From a virus, in the IMG/VR virus record IMGVR_UViG_3300048919_000265: a stretch of 64,000 nt of DNA. One strand, written 5' to 3'. A program made the position numbers and the translations under genes. The stretch's first letter is position 1; each line of letters begins with the position of its first letter. The notes under the pieces are model-generated. The model did no database searches, had not been told where the DNA came from, and saw only the letters and a list, made by a program, of their open reading frames with translations. This document shows, in pieces, positions 9,227 through 18,710 of this stretch.

Positions 9227-10342
9227 TCACCCCGGTATCTCTTCGTAAGGCATACTAGCTTTCAAATACTCCAAATGCTTACCCTTAAGAAGTTTCTTTC
9301 TAAATACATAAGCTATGATCTGATTATTATTTAAGCCCAAATTAAATTGCCAACGTATAGCGAGGCTTACACTCAAACTGTCTATAATTGTAACAGTCAA
9401 AGGCGCCGCACTGGCAGCGATTCGAAAATTATCCAGAGGAGAATTTTTGTCAGTCCACTTCAAAGCAACTATACCATTATTTATGATGTCAGCCACAAAA
9501 GGACCAGCCAATTCCTTTTTATTATTCAATAGTTCAGGGGCTATAAGTCGATAAAACACTAATACGCTACCATAATAACTTTTAGTGCCAGCAATAACTT
9601 TTTTACCATCTTCACTAAAATGTTTTGCTTTATATCCGTGATATAAACCACATGCATCGAAGCTATCATAATCAGTACTCATACACCGTCTATAGAATTC
9701 TGCTAATTCAGGAAATTTGTCAACAATGTCCGCTGCTATTTCGCTTTTATTATTAAACCTACCTGTGCCTTTACTCTTATCAATCATTTCAGACTTCCAG
9801 CTCTGCGGCATTATGAAATGCCGCTTATTTTCAGGTACCTTAGAGAATAGAGAATCTTCTGCAAACCATGAATTAAGAACGCCACGTAATTCACGTAACA
9901 CGTTACCTGCATTACGTCTACCTGCAACCGGAGGAATGTCCTCCGTGACAACCATGGAAAGTGTAGAACCTTTAAGAAGACCTCTAATAAATCCTTTCAC
10001 TTCCCGATAAAATCCATATTTATCTCCACTATTACGCTGAAAGTCACATATAAAATGAAACCTATTATCTACATCCGTAACATAGATACCCACACATTTA
10101 CTGGAAGCGTCTATACCTAACTCGTATTCTCCTCCGGTAGGAAGAGTGACATCCAACGAATCAGACATCTGTCTTCTATAAACGGGGTTAAATCTTCCTT
10201 CCAAATGATCCCTTTTTATTTGCCCCTCAAACAAACGTTTCCTTTCCTGCACTTCTTCCTCATTTCGTTCAGAGTCTCCATCACTCTTATACGTACTCAA
10301 ACACCCCACCCTAGAAATAAAACCAAAAGAAACAAAAGCCAC
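9227..10342 (-). CDS. RuvC-like (RNase H fold) Holliday-junction-resolvase-type nuclease with N- and C-terminal extensions
   Basis: LGIDASSKCVGI (catalytic D), VVTED (E), LRELRG, PQSWK, YDSFDACG (D) in the RuvC order. Confidence 0.75.
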   Translation of the reverse strand: MAFVSFGFISRVGCLSTYKSDGDSERNEEEVQERKRLFEGQIKRDHLEGRFNPVYRRQMSDSLDVTLPTGGEYELGIDASSKCVGIYVTDVDNRFHFICDFQRNSGDKYGFYREVKGFIRGLLKGSTLSMVVTEDIPPVAGRRNAGNVLRELRGVLNSWFAEDSLFSKVPENKRHFIMPQSWKSEMIDKSKGTGRFNNKSEIAADIVDKFPELAEFYRRCMSTDYDSFDACGLYHGYKAKHFSEDGKKVIAGTKSYYGSVLVFYRLIAPELLNNKKELAGPFVADIINNGIVALKWTDKNSPLDNFRIAASAAPLTVTIIDSLSVSLAIRWQFNLGLNNNQIIAYVFRKKLLKGKHLEYLKASMPYEEIPG

Positions 10343-10353
10343 AACCTCACCTC

Positions 10354-11025
10354 CTAAAAACTAACACCTGCCATGATTTCACTTAAATTCATACTTCCGA
10401 AGGTTTCACCTATCTGATCATTACTAGCGCTCTCACCTTTAATCATACGATAAACACTTTTTGGATCATATCCGTCTTGCATAAAGAGTATAGACAACTT
10501 AATATCCTCAACACTAGTTATTTGTTCTTTTTTCATAACACTAGCTAATTCTAGAAAATTAGTTATCTGTAAATCCTTAATAACTTTAAAAGAACGTCTA
10601 GAAAACCCTGTGTCTAAGACACTAATTTGTTCGGTTTTAAATATACTAGAAACACCGCACAACATTTGCATTTTTCTATCAGCTAACACCAAGTTATTTA
10701 GTACCTGATAAAAAGTCAAACCACTCTTTTCAACAACCTGTGAATACAGCACCATAATATTTATAAGTCCACCACCACGATCACATGAAAAACAATGGCA
10801 CCGATTATTTAACTCATCTACACCCATGGAAGGAGTCTTATCTGCGTGAAAAGGGCATTTTATAACCACCTCATTAAGACGTTTATTCTCCGCTTCATTC
10901 CAAGCAAGCTTGGATTTAAGGAATTTCTCAAAAGTGTACTCTTCAGATTCCCTAATGTAAGATAGTACTTTACTTACTGCCTCCTGATTAACTACTCTCA
11001 ACTTCATCGCGATACAACCTCCCAA
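10354..11025 (-). CDS. Stand-alone CHC2 (DnaG-type) zinc-finger protein with no TOPRIM domain; probable start 11007
   Basis: CPFHADKTPSMGV...CHCFSCDRGG motif; 223 aa with no TOPRIM EG/DxD motifs. Confidence 0.85.
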   Translation of the reverse strand: MGGCIAMKLRVVNQEAVSKVLSYIRESEEYTFEKFLKSKLAWNEAENKRLNEVVIKCPFHADKTPSMGVDELNNRCHCFSCDRGGGLINIMVLYSQVVEKSGLTFYQVLNNLVLADRKMQMLCGVSSIFKTEQISVLDTGFSRRSFKVIKDLQITNFLELASVMKKEQITSVEDIKLSILFMQDGYDPKSVYRMIKGESASNDQIGETFGSMNLSEIMAGVSF

Positions 11026-11038
11026 TTAGAACTTTCAA

Positions 11039-11062
11039 TATGTAGGGAGGGACAAGCCCTCC
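11039..11062 (-). promoter_or_regulatory. Hairpin + TACATA motif, copy C
   Basis: Minus strand GGAGGG-CTTGT-CCCTCC-C-TACATA; 31 nt before the ATG at 11007. Confidence 0.55.
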
Positions 11063-11067
11063 TCGCA

Positions 11068-12933
11068 TCATTCCCCAATTCCATACTCTTCGTGTTGTAC
11101 TCTTGTCGGCTCTACAATCTTTACAGCCTTACCAGAATACTTAGCAATAACAATAGACACATCACGCAGTGTAATGTTTCCATCCTTATATTGATTAACC
11201 GCTTGCAGCACCTCTTGTTTGGCCTCAGATTCCAATCGTTGAGCAAAACTTGTCCACTTAATAATACGTCTTTCTTCGGCTGTAAGTTCTTTCTTCTCTG
11301 CCGTCTTACCAAAAAGATTTACAAGTTCGACCTCTTTAATACCGTTAGGGGTTTCGACACTAACCTTCAACAAACCATCCGTGTCAATTGCCATAACAAT
11401 ATAAACTGGTACCTTGCCAGCCTCTTTCTTAGGAAGATTATCAACGACAATACTGCCTAAATACAGACACTCTTCCTTCAATACAGATAATCCCTCATAA
11501 ACCTCAATTTGCACTACTTCCTGATTATCGTACTTCGTGGTATACATCCGACGATCAGTATGCGGCACACGTTGGTTTTTCTTAATCACCGTACTAACAT
11601 GTCCATCACTAATAACACCAATATTCTGCGGAATAACGTCAAACACTTCGATATTAGTATCACCGAACTTTGTCTCTTTTGCCTTTATAGCTGCTCCCAT
11701 AGCGACGCTCTCATCTGGATTCAAAGCACTATTAATCTGAACTCCAGGGAAATCCTTGCGCAAAAACTCCTTAATAACTTCCGACTTGGTGCTACCACCA
11801 ACAAGCACAATAGCGTCAATCCGACTCTTATCTGTACGATTTAACACTTCATCTACTAGTTTCTTAGTTTTTAAATACACCACTTCAGTAGCTGCTCTAA
11901 TATCAGAAGGTTGAATATCAACTTGTTCTTCCAGCACACCTGCACCACTCTTGAGTGGGAACTTCATCTTGACCCCATACGAGTGACCCACACCTTGCAA
12001 TTTTATCTTTTCCATACGCAGAATCAATTTCTCTTTTTCCTGTCTTGGGATTAGGTCAGTATTAACTCCACGAGACCGCAACTTTCCTTCAAGAATCTTG
12101 TAAAGTTCCAAATCGATATCATCACCACCCAACTTGGAATCCCCACTCGTGTCTAACACGCTATACTTCTTAGAGAAAACAGAATCGTCTCCATCTTCAA
12201 CCTCTATACCATACAAATCCGCAAGTTCGTCACCTAATCCACTAGAAATACTAATACGCAACAGAGAAGCATCAAATGTACCACCACCCAAATCATACGC
12301 AAGAATGGTTTGCTCTGCCTCCTCTTGTTCAGAACCCACATCATAAACAAGGGTAGCGGCAGTAGGTTCTCTTAAAATCCCAAGTAAACTAAGTCCAGCA
12401 AGCTCTGCTGCTAGCTTAGTATCTGTGATTTGCTTATTATCGAAATAAGCCGGCACAGTAATAACTACATCTTTAACATCTTTATACTGAACACTAGCTT
12501 GTTTAACAAGCTCCTTCAAAATCTCTGCTGAAACTTCGGCTGGAGTCATTACAAGTTCTTTAGTTCCATACTTCAAAGTAACCGATTCTCCAGAACCCAT
12601 TTTACGTTTCACTGAATAAACAGCACTTTGTTTATATCTATTCACATAAGCTTCTTTACCTACAACAAATTCTCCCTTTTTACCTTTCCACATAATAACC
12701 GAGGGTAAAGTTTTAGCTCCGTTATTAAGCTCAATAACCCTAGGTACATTTCCTGCTTGAACTACACTGATGCAACTATTTGTTGTCCCTAAATCGATAC
12801 CAAACGCCGGTGTTTTGATTCCTTCTTTTCCTAAGAAGTCACTAGTAACTTCTCCAAACGCATTCATTGGTTTTACCATTACACTATCTCCCTTTTCCAT
12901 TAATATGTAGTCACACAAAAATAAATACAACAC
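11068..12933 (-). CDS. Hsp70/DnaK-family chaperone, divergent; probable start MVKPM at 12879
   Basis: GIDLGTTNS, TVPAYF, EPTAA, YDLGGGTFD, LGGDDID, VLVGGST, NPDESVAMGAA, DVIP; substrate-binding beta domain and a short lid. Confidence 0.95.
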   Translation of the reverse strand: MLYLFLCDYILMEKGDSVMVKPMNAFGEVTSDFLGKEGIKTPAFGIDLGTTNSCISVVQAGNVPRVIELNNGAKTLPSVIMWKGKKGEFVVGKEAYVNRYKQSAVYSVKRKMGSGESVTLKYGTKELVMTPAEVSAEILKELVKQASVQYKDVKDVVITVPAYFDNKQITDTKLAAELAGLSLLGILREPTAATLVYDVGSEQEEAEQTILAYDLGGGTFDASLLRISISSGLGDELADLYGIEVEDGDDSVFSKKYSVLDTSGDSKLGGDDIDLELYKILEGKLRSRGVNTDLIPRQEKEKLILRMEKIKLQGVGHSYGVKMKFPLKSGAGVLEEQVDIQPSDIRAATEVVYLKTKKLVDEVLNRTDKSRIDAIVLVGGSTKSEVIKEFLRKDFPGVQINSALNPDESVAMGAAIKAKETKFGDTNIEVFDVIPQNIGVISDGHVSTVIKKNQRVPHTDRRMYTTKYDNQEVVQIEVYEGLSVLKEECLYLGSIVVDNLPKKEAGKVPVYIVMAIDTDGLLKVSVETPNGIKEVELVNLFGKTAEKKELTAEERRIIKWTSFAQRLESEAKQEVLQAVNQYKDGNITLRDVSIVIAKYSGKAVKIVEPTRVQHEEYGIGE

Positions 12934-13008
12934 GCTTAAATCATTGGTCTAAGTCGTATGACTGCCTGACCCAATACCATAAGTATTTCTGTCTTTATTC
13001 GACCGCCC

Positions 13009-13506
13009 TTAATCAAATAACTGTAATGAAGGATGTGCAATTGTGACTTCCAAGTCTGTAACCTCGAAATTCTTGTAAATCAATTCAAGAACACTTAATT
13101 CGTCCAAACCTCCAACACCACATCCTAATAGCGGTAAGGTGACGCTATTAAATCTGTGCTCCAAACATAAGTCAACCACTTTAACTAAACATCTCTCTAC
13201 ACACCCTAAAGAAGAAGATTTCCCTGGCTTTTCCATAGTAACTGCATGAAAGACAGTAGGTTTAAACTCTAACATACCTGGTGTGATGAAAACATCACCT
13301 ATACCAGGCTTCCCTAATTTGGCTTGCTTCATTGCAAGTTTTTCTATCCTACCGTGTGTCCTGCGATTAAGTGCCTGAGCCACACCACCAAACTTTAAAA
13401 ACCTAGAAAGAAATCCTCCCATCCAACCAAGAGAATTTGCCGCATTTACAACTACTTCCGTGTTTGCAGCACAAATATCCCTAATAACTTTGTACCTTCC
13501 TGCCAA
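13009..13506 (-). CDS. Macrodomain (ADP-ribose binding/hydrolase) protein, 165 aa
   Basis: VVNAAN...MGG...GGVAQAL, GDVFIT, VFHAVT, VTLPLLGCGVGGL. Confidence 0.9.
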   Translation of the reverse strand: MAGRYKVIRDICAANTEVVVNAANSLGWMGGFLSRFLKFGGVAQALNRRTHGRIEKLAMKQAKLGKPGIGDVFITPGMLEFKPTVFHAVTMEKPGKSSSLGCVERCLVKVVDLCLEHRFNSVTLPLLGCGVGGLDELSVLELIYKNFEVTDLEVTIAHPSLQLFD

Positions 13507-13554
13507 TTAATCCACCCCATCCCTCTTTTATTATAACTGTCATGCAAACACATG

Positions 13555-13836
13555 TTATATCTCCTTATCCTTGATGCTATCATAAGGAACGACTGAATTT
13601 ATAAACTTAATAATTTCCTGTTTTCCATACAACTCAATCAATGCCATTAACACTAAATTCAATTGAACTACACGCTCCTGCCCTTCACCACTATCCAATT
13701 TTACCATATTAGTGTTAGAGATACCTTGCTTCGAGATCACTAACTTTTGATCAGCATGTGCCTCCAGCACAAAACTCTGACTTCCGACTCTTCCTAACAC
13801 ATCACTAAATTTACGAGAACTTCTTCTAGAAACCAT
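13555..13836 (-). CDS. Hypothetical protein, 93 aa
   Basis: ORF track; RBS AGGGGAG. Confidence 0.7.
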   Translation of the reverse strand: MVSRRSSRKFSDVLGRVGSQSFVLEAHADQKLVISKQGISNTNMVKLDSGEGQERVVQLNLVLMALIELYGKQEIIKFINSVVPYDSIKDKEI

Positions 13837-13943
13837 AATTCTCCCCTTGGTCCCTTAATTTTACCAACCTTTTTAACAGGAGTTCGTAACCATACAAACC
13901 AATCACCTCAATAACCTTCAACTATGTAAGACATGCTGCAACT

Positions 13944-14600
13944 CTATCTAGGTGAGTACTTATAAAAGGTGATTGTAACCCCGTTCAACTCTCGTGCCAT
14001 TATTTTTAGGACTTCTCTCCAATCTGCCCCTCCACGATCACTGCCAAACTTATACGGTAGAGCAACACTACAATTAAACTTAAGCGCCCTATCCCTTATC
14101 TTAGAGAAGCACTCGGAAAGTGCTGAATAATTTGTATATTGCTTTCCGTCATATCCATAAGTATCTTGCCCAAACGCATTAATAACTCCTCTAAAGGGAC
14201 TGGCAGATAACATCACCAACTGCACATTACCTAAAGCTGGCTTCACCTTGCTCAGATATCCTTTATACGCCGCATAAACAATAGGCCACTTATTTTTAAT
14301 TTGACGAGCTACTCCACTTCCCATTACACCTTTACAATTCACTTGATGTACAATAAAATTCTCGGTTGCTTCTAGCAAATCACCAGAAACAAATTTTATA
14401 ATGACTCCCTCTTTGGCACGTTGAATTGTTTCCTTATTAATTTTCTTTAGCCATTCCAAGGAGTCTCCATCGCATGCGTCTAAATATTCGGCAAAAGACG
14501 ATAACATCACCATTATCTCTGCTTCTTCAAACGAAACATTACAAACTCTAATATAATCTGTGATGACTCTCTCCAACAACCCATCTCCTGTACTCACCAC
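13944..14600 (-). CDS. Macrodomain protein (TARG1/DarG-like) with ~65-aa N-terminal extension
   Basis: FVSGDLLEA..IVHQVNCKGVMGSGVARQIK, INAFGQ, TNYSAL, VALPYKFGSDRGGADW. Confidence 0.9.
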   Translation of the reverse strand: MVSTGDGLLERVITDYIRVCNVSFEEAEIMVMLSSFAEYLDACDGDSLEWLKKINKETIQRAKEGVIIKFVSGDLLEATENFIVHQVNCKGVMGSGVARQIKNKWPIVYAAYKGYLSKVKPALGNVQLVMLSASPFRGVINAFGQDTYGYDGKQYTNYSALSECFSKIRDRALKFNCSVALPYKFGSDRGGADWREVLKIMARELNGVTITFYKYSPR

Positions 14601-14614
14601 TTACCCTCCTTCTT

Positions 14615-14695
14615 TTAAGAAACTAATTTCTCTAATACATCTTTAAATCGTTCTCTCTCAAATTTACGTCTTACCAACGGAATTGCAAACATCAT
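14615..14695 (-). CDS. Small peptide, 26 aa (MMFAIPLVRRKFERERFKDVLEKLVS); not in the ORF track
   Basis: Hand-translated; AAGGGG directly upstream; stop abuts the RBS of the macrodomain gene. Confidence 0.35.
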   Translation of the reverse strand: MMFAIPLVRRKFERERFKDVLEKLVS

Positions 14696-14777
14696 CCCCT
14701 TTGGCAAGGTTATCCTCACAAAATTGAAGATACAAAGCAACCCCAGGCTATTATCTCATTCTAGCATGCCATAAACA

Positions 14778-15131
14778 CTACTTAGAAGGATTGTTATCCC
14801 CAAAGAAATTCAAGTCTTTTAGTTTTAGCTTCTTTCTTATCTGAAATTTAAAACTTTCATCTTTCTGGGGAGGCGTAACACTAATTCTACTTTGCTTTCC
14901 AGATTCCATCATATCAAGTGCCGCCTTTATCAGTTCAGTTTTAGCAGAATTCTCAGATTCTTCTACCACAACCCCATCTGCTAACTCAAAAGGATTACAA
15001 AATCCTCCGTGCTCCGAATCCATATCTACAGTTATACTTCCTGGGTGAACCAACTCTTCCCACGTGCCTTCACTTGCCTCATCAATAATAATTCTTTTAT
15101 CCAAATCGTCTTGAAATCCGTGATTACCCAT
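14778..15131 (-). CDS. Hypothetical acidic protein, 117 aa
   Basis: ORF track. Confidence 0.7.
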   Translation of the reverse strand: MGNHGFQDDLDKRIIIDEASEGTWEELVHPGSITVDMDSEHGGFCNPFELADGVVVEESENSAKTELIKAALDMMESGKQSRISVTPPQKDESFKFQIRKKLKLKDLNFFGDNNPSK

Positions 15132-15140
15132 AACGCCACC

Positions 15141-15719
15141 TTACTTTCTTTTATTAGGTAAATACGCAACAACGTCCGCATAGTAATTAACCTCTTCTTG
15201 TTTAAGCAAGTACTTAAATTTCTCTGGTATAATTATATTTTTTGGTACAAATTCTAAAGGATTAAAGTATTGTACATACTTAGCTTTCACATGCGGAGTC
15301 CACTCACCGTACCTTACATTTTCAATAGTTATGGTCTTCTGCTCCTTTCCCATACCTAATCGAGCAGAAATATCATTACCACTAACCTTATATGAAAGAA
15401 TTTTCAATTCCCTGATTGGAGCATTAGCCTTTACCTCATCTAATTTATTTACTTTCCAACTTTCTACTTGTGATTTATAGAATAATTTGTTAAAATCAGA
15501 CTCCATTTGTGCGGAGAGAAACAAAAATCCTGTCACAACAACGAAGAAGAAAATTGTTGGTTTAACTAACAGCAACCAAAGATCCTTAAGTGCCTCTTTA
15601 CTTCTATAAATGCAAGCAACGACTAACTCTACTAATACAACTATTAAGAAAATTAAGGCCCAAACACCGAGATCTATGTTTGATTCCGCATACATTGGGA
15701 ATCCATTTCCTTCAATCAT
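15141..15719 (-). CDS. Membrane protein with two N-terminal TMs, 192 aa
   Basis: Hydrophobic residues ~15-70 followed by a soluble domain. Confidence 0.75.
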   Translation of the reverse strand: MIEGNGFPMYAESNIDLGVWALIFLIVVLVELVVACIYRSKEALKDLWLLLVKPTIFFFVVVTGFLFLSAQMESDFNKLFYKSQVESWKVNKLDEVKANAPIRELKILSYKVSGNDISARLGMGKEQKTITIENVRYGEWTPHVKAKYVQYFNPLEFVPKNIIIPEKFKYLLKQEEVNYYADVVAYLPNKRK

Positions 15720-15734
15720 GCCTATGTTTCCCCT

Positions 15735-16316
15735 CTAAAATATTTCCATTTGATTCAATCTTATTTGTTCTACCCCAGGAACATTAAAATCGCTAATATC
15801 CCAACTTGGGTTTATCCGAGCATAAAACTTGCACCGCTTTAGGTCAATAAAAGGAATAAAACTGATCATTTCTTCATCTTCACTCTCAGAATATCCCAAC
15901 TGAAGTCCCTCTGAAAATTCCTCTAAATACAAAGAGGCATCGTCATCATCAATTGCATTTCTCACATGATTAGAGTAAAACAATAGCTTCTCATAGCTCA
16001 CAGAAACAACCATATCCTGTGGCATTTGAAGCTCAAACAAAACAGTGCTCCCGTTGTTAGGATTGATAGGTAAAAATTCATTCAGATTAGTGCCAACGGT
16101 CTTTAGGTCAGAGGGCTCGCCATTATACCTCGACAAGCCCGCTATAGGTGTGTTATTATACCCGATGTTATCAGCTATGCACTCTCTAATAATATCTTTT
16201 ATTTTATGATGTAAACTCGGCATAGTGTCCAAATCCGATAATCTACATTCAGATATAAGTGCTCTTGCTTTCTCTTCTTCGACTGCTACAATAAGTTTGA
16301 CAACACCAGCCATCAC
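15735..16316 (-). CDS. Hypothetical protein, 193 aa
   Basis: ORF track; RBS AGGAG. Confidence 0.8.
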   Translation of the reverse strand: MMAGVVKLIVAVEEEKARALISECRLSDLDTMPSLHHKIKDIIRECIADNIGYNNTPIAGLSRYNGEPSDLKTVGTNLNEFLPINPNNGSTVLFELQMPQDMVVSVSYEKLLFYSNHVRNAIDDDDASLYLEEFSEGLQLGYSESEDEEMISFIPFIDLKRCKFYARINPSWDISDFNVPGVEQIRLNQMEIF

Positions 16317-16335
16317 TTATCTCTCCTTTCACTAA

Positions 16336-17979
16336 TTACACATACTCAAATCCTCTGCCGTCCTCATCCACTAGCTCGTCATCAAATCCATCATCGTCTT
16401 CGCTATTATACCGACCTTCGATTTCTTTTAACTGCGCTTCAGCAGACATAGTATTACTATCGGCCACACTTTGGTACTTCACATCATATTCATACTGATA
16501 AACTTCAGGAATAACCTTCAATACAATAAGTGAGCTTATAACAGGACCACGACGCTTAAAGACCTGCACACCAACTAAGTTCTGTTTCTCCAGGTTTTCA
16601 TCTTTAATCCAGATGAAGACCTCATCTGCTTCTCTAGACAGTGTCGAACTTGCTGCAGTTGGAGAGGCTGCGGTAACTTTCTTACTCTTCTTCAGAAACT
16701 CCAAAGCTGCTGCAGAAGGGTGGGACAACACATTTATAAAAACAGGATAGTGCTTTTTAAATTCCCGTAACCAGAAAGACATAATACCAATAAGCTCAGT
16801 TTCATTCCCTTGCCCTTTCAAGGCTCGGCTATGGTCAATAAAAGCAGCCCCGAAAGGCCTAACATCATAAATTTCTTTTAATTCCTGATAAATAGTCGTA
16901 TAACCAAAGCTACCAACCAAGGTCACTAACCCAGACTCAAACAATTCTACTTTCGTTAATGCTATGATCTGCTTAATATTATCAGGGCAATCTAAAACTC
17001 CTGCAATGTGCTTCCTGGTTACGAACAATTTATACTTCTTAAAGATATAAGAAGAAATTATCTGGGCATACATTTGATTTTGAGTTGTCTCACCCACCAT
17101 AACAACCACAGGCACTTTATTAATAAGCATATTACTAATACGTTTAATCATTGTATTAGTTTTACCGACGCCTTCCATCCCAACATCAACCACAAACCTA
17201 TGTTTAAGCATTGGGGTTTCGTCATCCAAGGGTGGTATTTCATAAAAACCTAATGGCTCATATTGCGCTGCCAAATCTTTAAACAACTTATCTGAAACTT
17301 CCAAACTATTAACATGCAATACGTTATCGTCAGACTCATTCAACCTCTTATCAACTTCAATGGCTAAGTGTCTTACATATTCTAGCCAATCATGCACTCC
17401 AATATAAACTTTCCTACCAATTCTAACTTTATTCAATATAATATCGCGTTGAGTGTTCATAGCTGTTTCGGCCACATTACTTAAAAATGCCGCCTCATAT
17501 GCTGGCATAACACTACTTGCTTCGTCACTGCCAATTTCTAATTCAAAGCATCGATCATACAATTCCATGCAGCGACTATGTAACCTTTGTGCAGCATCAT
17601 TAAGATTAGTCTCCACTTCCAAATTACTCGGAATTCCCTCACTATCCAAGAACTCCTTCATTCCCACTTCGGGAGTCCGACACAAGTCCCAAATATTAAT
17701 CTTTATAACTTGCTCAAACTCATCTTTACCTACTCGTGGGACAAACCCTTCTAAACTGACTTGCATTTTATTAAATTGTGCTAACAAGCTGAACATCGCA
17801 AAATATTCCATACTCATTTCTTCCAAATGAACATAGGAAAGCGACTTCCGCAACAAGCCACCAAACAAAGTTGGATCAAACTTATCATGCGGAAGCATAC
17901 CACTAATAAAGTGATCAAGCACACTAGTCAAATTCTCATCATTAATCAAATCAATCCTTAGCATTGCGGTTCCTCCCAA
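16336..17979 (-). CDS. DnaB-like (SF4, RecA-fold) replicative helicase, divergent; probable start 17964
   Basis: Walker A GMEGVGKT, VVMVGET, AAFIDH, INVLSH, SREADEVF; acidic C-terminal tail. Confidence 0.7.
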   Translation of the reverse strand: MGGTAMLRIDLINDENLTSVLDHFISGMLPHDKFDPTLFGGLLRKSLSYVHLEEMSMEYFAMFSLLAQFNKMQVSLEGFVPRVGKDEFEQVIKINIWDLCRTPEVGMKEFLDSEGIPSNLEVETNLNDAAQRLHSRCMELYDRCFELEIGSDEASSVMPAYEAAFLSNVAETAMNTQRDIILNKVRIGRKVYIGVHDWLEYVRHLAIEVDKRLNESDDNVLHVNSLEVSDKLFKDLAAQYEPLGFYEIPPLDDETPMLKHRFVVDVGMEGVGKTNTMIKRISNMLINKVPVVVMVGETTQNQMYAQIISSYIFKKYKLFVTRKHIAGVLDCPDNIKQIIALTKVELFESGLVTLVGSFGYTTIYQELKEIYDVRPFGAAFIDHSRALKGQGNETELIGIMSFWLREFKKHYPVFINVLSHPSAAALEFLKKSKKVTAASPTAASSTLSREADEVFIWIKDENLEKQNLVGVQVFKRRGPVISSLIVLKVIPEVYQYEYDVKYQSVADSNTMSAEAQLKEIEGRYNSEDDDGFDDELVDEDGRGFEYV

Positions 17980-17980
17980 A

Positions 17981-18000
17981 TATGTAAGCCCTAGCGGGCT
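17981..18000 (-). promoter_or_regulatory. Hairpin + TACATA motif, copy D
   Basis: Minus strand AGCCC-GCTA-GGGCT then TACATA; 16 nt before the ATG at 17964. Confidence 0.6.
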
Positions 18001-18028
18001 AATAAATCACTATCAACCTTCCCTAAAT

Positions 18029-18301
18029 CTAACGCTTCGGGACGACACTCAACTCCAAATCAAGTAAATCTAAAACTGATAGCAATGATTCTATCCCGTA
18101 ATCCCCGCCACCTAAAATCTCACCCAATTTAGGTGTATCCCAATTCATCTCACGCGCTAAAGCCTCACGACTTAGTCCCTTACGTTGCGAGGCTTTTTGA
18201 ATTTCTCCACTAATACCTATTTTTGATAACGCAAGAGAAATTTGACTAACGGCCCTTACATTAGGACAATCCAGGTCAATAACTCTAACAACAGATCCCA
18301 T
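18029..18301 (-). CDS. XRE/Cro-like helix-turn-helix DNA-binding protein, 90 aa
   Basis: RKGLSREALAREMNWDTPKLGEILGG...IESLLSVLDLLDLELSV. Confidence 0.75.
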   Translation of the reverse strand: MGSVVRVIDLDCPNVRAVSQISLALSKIGISGEIQKASQRKGLSREALAREMNWDTPKLGEILGGGDYGIESLLSVLDLLDLELSVVPKR

Positions 18302-18348
18302 ACTATTACCTCCTTTCTTCGGCTTTATTAATTATATACATAATTGTC

Positions 18349-18693
18349 TTATCTATTCCACCAATCCGCAGTAATGATGTTATCCTGCACTGGTTCACCA
18401 ACAATAAATTTGTACAATACGTATAAAATATTAATAATAAAGCCACAAATTATCACAAAAATACAAAATTTTATTAAAAGGTCAAGTAATACCTCAACTC
18501 TCCCAACTTTCTGCACCTCATCTACTCTAGCTATTATATGTTCATCCTTCTTTGCAGCTATAATATAATAACCGTCAAACTGATCTGCCACCACTACTCC
18601 AAACCCAGATGATTGACCTTCCTTATTAAAAACCCTAACGTAATCACCTGCAATAAGATACGGAACAGCTACCTTTGGTGAATCTTCTACCAT
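18349..18693 (-). CDS. Hypothetical protein with beta-rich (SH3/KOW-like) N-terminus and C-terminal TM, 114 aa
   Basis: IAGDYVRV...GVVV pattern; TM LLIKFCIFVIICGFIINILYVLY. Confidence 0.6.
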   Translation of the reverse strand: MVEDSPKVAVPYLIAGDYVRVFNKEGQSSGFGVVVADQFDGYYIIAAKKDEHIIARVDEVQKVGRVEVLLDLLIKFCIFVIICGFIINILYVLYKFIVGEPVQDNIITADWWNR

Positions 18694-18710
18694 ACCCTAA
18701 CCTCCTCTCT

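Noticed and set aside
9227-10342. RuvC-like protein as a TnpB/IscB/Cas12-type RNA-guided nuclease
   Set aside because: The catalytic residues are compact as in resolvases, there is no Zn ribbon or bridge helix, and no array, ncRNA-sized gap or transposon ends lie nearby.
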